Assembly (NCBI GenBank): GCA_016927065.1
Contig: JAFGNJ010000028.1
Location: 5,165-69,164 of the forward strand
Source of the DNA: Deltaproteobacteria bacterium
Lineage (GTDB): Bacteria > Desulfobacterota > B13-G15 > RBG-16-54-18
Reading direction: 5' to 3'
Length of the DNA: 64,000 bases
Below, piece after piece: positions 60,524 through 64,000 of the stretch (positions are counted from its first letter, which is position 1; each line of letters begins with the position of its first letter). The notes beneath the pieces are model-generated. The model was not told the origin of the DNA and made no database searches. It saw only the letters and a list, made by a program, of their open reading frames with translations. The position numbers and the translations under genes are program-made.

Positions 60524-63169
60524 ATGAGAGCCATGCAGAGAACACCCCTGATTATTATAGCTGTCCTTTCACTCCTCGTTCCCGCCTTGTGTCCGGGCCA
60601 CGGTGTGGCAGGGGAAGTCGTAAGGGCAACGCTGGAGAACGGGATGCGAGTGGTTTTGTCGGAAGACCACTCCGCCCCGGTCACCGCCTTTCAGGTGTGG
60701 GTAGAGGTAGGAAGCGCCGATGAGCGCCCCGCCGAAGCGGGGATATCGCACCTCATCGAACACATGATCTTCAAGGGGACGAATGAGAGGAGGGCGGGGG
60801 AGATCGCAGGGAGCATTGAACGGTATGGAGGGCGTATCAATGCCTATACCAGCTATGACCACACCGTCTATCATGTGGTGATCGCCAGCCGCTACCAGCA
60901 CAAAGGGCTGGAGGTCTTGGCCGACGCCATCCAACACCCCTCATTTGACCCGCAAGAACTGGCGCGAGAGAAGGAGGTGGTGATTGAGGAAATCAACATG
61001 GGCGAGGATGATCCGGGACGCGCACTCCACAAGGCCCTCTTCAGAACAAGCTTTCAGCGCCACCCCTACGGGAGGCCCATCATAGGATACGCGGATCAGG
61101 TAAAAGGATTCAAGAGGGATGAAGTCTTTTCCTATTATAGTAAGTGGTATTGCCCCGAAAACATGGTCTTTGTAGGGGTGGGGGATTTCAGGGTGTCGGA
61201 GTTGTTATCCAGTCTCAAGGAACTTTTTACCGCGCCTTCCCGTTCCCTCCCCGTGCGGCGAAGACCCGAGGAGCCCCCCCAAGAGGCCTTCCGTCCCCTG
61301 GTAATGCAGCAGGAGATCAAGGAAAGATATTTTGCCCTGGGATTCCACATCCCCGGCATCACGGATGAGGACACCTACGCCCTCGATGTCTTGGCCGCCA
61401 TCCTCGGCCACGGGGCGTCATCGCGCCTTCAGCAGGAGTTACGGTTCAAGAGGGGGCTGGTCAGCTCCATCTATGCTTATGCCTACACCCCCAAGGATCC
61501 GGGGCTCTTCGTAATCGGGGGTACATTTCAACCTGGGGCAATTCCGGAAGGGATCAAAGGGATTATCACAGAGATCTCCCGGATACAGGATACAGGGGTC
61601 GATGAGGCAGAACTGCGAAAGGCCCGCACTATGGTGGAGACGGATTTTACCTATGATCGGGAGACAGTACAAGGTGAGGCGAGGACTCTCGGTTACTTTG
61701 AGACGGCCTGGGGGAATGCGACCAAGGGGGAGGCGTATCTGCAGGGGATCTTCCGAGTGGGGTCTCACGACGTCCAGGAGGTGGCGAGAAAATATTTTAA
61801 TCCTGAAAACCTCACCGCCTGCCTCCTGGTGCCTCAGGGAGAAGAGGAAGGTGTGGACCCTCGCGCCCTGGAGGGATTAGTGCAGGAGTGGAAAACGATT
61901 CCCCCCACACACGAGATGACGAGGGTGATGAAGCGGGTTGTACTGGAGAACGGAATTACCCTCCTTGTTAAAGAGGACCATGCAGTACCTGTAGTGGGGA
62001 TATATGGTGTATTTCTGGGGGGGGTGCGCTTTGAACAGGAGCAAAGGGCGGGCATCACTCATTTCGTCTCCGAGATGTTGAGCAGGGGGACTGAGTCGCA
62101 CACCGCCATCCAGTTGGCCCGGGAGGTGGATTCCCTCGGGGCAACCCTGGAGACCTTTTCGGGACGCAACAGCTTCGGGGTGCAGGCGAAGGGTCTCAGT
62201 AAAGACTTCCCACAGCTTTTGAAGCTGGTGTCCGAGGTTGTCGTTCAGCCGTCCTTTCCCACGGATGAAGTGAAGCGGGTGAAAAATGAGATCCTAGCTG
62301 CCCAGGCGAGAGAACGGGACAACATGGTTTCTTGGACCATGCGGCTTCTGAGGGAGGCCCTCTATGAACGGCATCCCTATCGCTTGAATATCCTGGGCAC
62401 AGAGGAAAGCATACAAGACATTGGACGAGGGGATCTCAAACGATACTATAAGAAATACGCCCTTCCCAACAACATGGTCGTGGCCATTACGGGTGATATC
62501 AGGTGGGAGGAGGCATCCGCTGCCGTACGAGAGGCCTTTGAAGGGATGCGAGTAGCGACCTTCTCCCCTCCTGTCGTCCCTCAAGAGTTCAAGCAAGAGG
62601 GTATTACAAAAAGGGAAGAGCTGGTGCGGGAGAAGGAACAGGCCCATATCGCCCTTGGCTTCCCCGGTACTACTTTGGACGACCAGGACCGCTTCCCCTT
62701 AGAGGTTTTGGAAGCCGCCCTTGCCGGGCAGGGGGGACGGTTCTTCACCCAATTGCGGGATAAAGAAGGGTTGGCCTATGTAACCGCCTTTTTTGTCCGA
62801 TCCGATCTCGATCCCGGCTATCTTGGGGTGTACCTAGCCACCAGCCCTCCCAAGGTGGAACAGGCGCTGAAGGGGATTGAGGGGATCCTGCGAGAGGTAT
62901 GGGATACAGGGATTAGTCAGGAAGAACTAGAACGGGCCAAGACCTATCTCATCGGGAATTATGATATCGATCTTCAAAGTCCTCTCGCCATGGCAGCTAC
63001 CATGGCCTTTGCTGAGCGGTATGGCCTCGGCGGTGATTTCTATTGCAGGTATTCACGTGAAATAGAGGGAGTGACGCTCGAGGACGTCCTACGGGTGGCT
63101 CGACAATATATCGACCTTGATTCCTATACCGTCGTTATTGTCCGCCCCGCTGTTTCCCCAGCCTCTTGA
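60524..63169 (+). CDS. M16 (pitrilysin-like) zinc peptidase, two-unit fusion
   Basis: Signal peptide; active HLIEH in first unit, degenerate HFVSE in second; LRDKEGLAY. Confidence 0.93.
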   Translation: MRAMQRTPLIIIAVLSLLVPALCPGHGVAGEVVRATLENGMRVVLSEDHSAPVTAFQVWVEVGSADERPAEAGISHLIEHMIFKGTNERRAGEIAGSIERYGGRINAYTSYDHTVYHVVIASRYQHKGLEVLADAIQHPSFDPQELAREKEVVIEEINMGEDDPGRALHKALFRTSFQRHPYGRPIIGYADQVKGFKRDEVFSYYSKWYCPENMVFVGVGDFRVSELLSSLKELFTAPSRSLPVRRRPEEPPQEAFRPLVMQQEIKERYFALGFHIPGITDEDTYALDVLAAILGHGASSRLQQELRFKRGLVSSIYAYAYTPKDPGLFVIGGTFQPGAIPEGIKGIITEISRIQDTGVDEAELRKARTMVETDFTYDRETVQGEARTLGYFETAWGNATKGEAYLQGIFRVGSHDVQEVARKYFNPENLTACLLVPQGEEEGVDPRALEGLVQEWKTIPPTHEMTRVMKRVVLENGITLLVKEDHAVPVVGIYGVFLGGVRFEQEQRAGITHFVSEMLSRGTESHTAIQLAREVDSLGATLETFSGRNSFGVQAKGLSKDFPQLLKLVSEVVVQPSFPTDEVKRVKNEILAAQARERDNMVSWTMRLLREALYERHPYRLNILGTEESIQDIGRGDLKRYYKKYALPNNMVVAITGDIRWEEASAAVREAFEGMRVATFSPPVVPQEFKQEGITKREELVREKEQAHIALGFPGTTLDDQDRFPLEVLEAALAGQGGRFFTQLRDKEGLAYVTAFFVRSDLDPGYLGVYLATSPPKVEQALKGIEGILREVWDTGISQEELERAKTYLIGNYDIDLQSPLAMAATMAFAERYGLGGDFYCRYSREIEGVTLEDVLRVARQYIDLDSYTVVIVRPAVSPAS

Positions 63170-63452
63170 AGACGGCGTTTTTCTTGCCAGCTATACTCAC
63201 TTTCTTATCCCGACGGTCGTCGATCCGGATGGTGGAGACTACCCGCTGAGCTCCTTTCTGAAACGGTATGCGATGCATCTCTCCGGCCAATCTCAGCAGC
63301 TCCTCCAATTCACCTTCTACCTCTGTCCCCATGGAGGTGATTTCGTATTGCAGCCCTTGCCGATCTAATACCTTTACGCACTCTGCGACAAACGAACTCA
63401 CGCTGGGGTTCTGAGTGCCTATCGGTATGACGCTGATTTCCATGATGGCCAT
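63135..63452 (-). CDS. MTH1187/YqgV family thiamine-binding-like protein
   Basis: EISVIPIGT..PSVS.FVA, MGT.VEG, RV...I.ID.R.DK. Confidence 0.9.
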   Translation of the reverse strand: MAIMEISVIPIGTQNPSVSSFVAECVKVLDRQGLQYEITSMGTEVEGELEELLRLAGEMHRIPFQKGAQRVVSTIRIDDRRDKKVSIAGKKNAVFKRLGKQRGGQ

Positions 63453-63471
63453 GTAAAGGGATCCTTTTCGA

Positions 63472-63999
63472 TTACTGATGGATGCTTTCGAAGATGAACC
63501 CTCCAATAAGGCCGAAGAAGACGTTGGGGGCCCAGGCGGCGATGAAAGGAGGGAGAGTACCCGCGTGTCCCATGGCCACGGAGATGGCAAAGGCCATCCA
63601 GTAGACAAAGCCGATTACTATACTGAGCCCTACCCCCTGCGCGATCCCACCTCCACGCCCCTGGCTCGTCGCCAGTGCCAGAGGGCTTCCGATCAAGACC
63701 ATGATCAAGGTCAAAAAGGGGAAGGCCACCTTTGTGTGAAGGTCAACGACATAGCGGGTTGGATCGTATCCATCGCTCTTGAGCTTCTCCACATATTCCT
63801 TGAGTTCCCGGTAGGTCATCTCTTTTGGGTCCTGCATCCCTTTTTTGAAATCCTCCGGTTTCTCAGGTATGGGAATATCCTTCTCGTCGTAGGTTTCCCT
63901 CACCACCTCCGCCTCGGGAAGGAAGTTCCTTATATTTACCTCATAGAAGGTCCACCCGTTCCCGTTCCAGCGGGCCTCACGAGCGTCTACACGCTGGCG
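63472..63999 (-). CDS. lptG: LPS export permease LptG/LptF family, 5' partial
   Basis: RVDAREA.W...W, P.EM...EL, K.AFP, G.LPP..AAW.PN; frame open to window edge. Confidence 0.85.
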   Translation of the reverse strand, partial: RQRVDAREARWNGNGWTFYEVNIRNFLPEAEVVRETYDEKDIPIPEKPEDFKKGMQDPKEMTYRELKEYVEKLKSDGYDPTRYVVDLHTKVAFPFLTLIMVLIGSPLALATSQGRGGGIAQGVGLSIVIGFVYWMAFAISVAMGHAGTLPPFIAAWAPNVFFGLIGGFIFESIHQ

Positions 64000-64000
64000 C

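Overview
Gene-dense window from an anaerobic Gram-negative bacterium, most plausibly Desulfobacterota/deltaproteobacterial (inferred from gene content and order). Core blocks: kdsD-kdsC-lptCAB-rpoN-hpf-ptsN-hprK-rapZ-EIIA(Man)-ptsH-ptsI-metK-ahcY (1-12.1 kb); minus-strand radA-ABC-ATPase-larA-purC (26.5-31.7 kb); ileS-lspA-lgt-def-fmt-htpX-rsmB (41.5-49.2 kb); relA/spoT, rpmB, CN-hydrolase-argS-SPOR-lepA-lepB, pyrB, M16 peptidase and partial lptG (51-64 kb). Three accessory stretches lie between them. (i) A mosaic island at ~12.2-26.5 kb carries an AbiV/HEPN gene with a 2-TM partner, YiiX, a serine hydrolase, a SAM methyltransferase, an NTase-TPM pair, an MFS, a class II DAHP synthase, an RRM protein, a B12 radical SAM enzyme and DUF1846. 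(ii) 32.6-41.4 kb holds a PD-(D/E)xK-like/apgM/PP-loop trio and a corrinoid methyltransferase module with an MFS and a 24-bp operator palindrome. (iii) 49.3-51.0 kb holds NUDIX, TspO and a pyrimidine-dimer glycosylase. Signals absent from the ORF track: an RRM gene that appears to start at ATC behind a perfect Shine-Dalgarno, a decayed second copy of the purC 3' end marking a replacement/insertion event, the operator palindrome over a predicted TSS, and a near-leaderless relA overlapping rpmB tail-to-tail. No rRNA, tRNA, CRISPR array, integrase or transposase was seen. All calls come from motif recognition by eye; no database searches were run.
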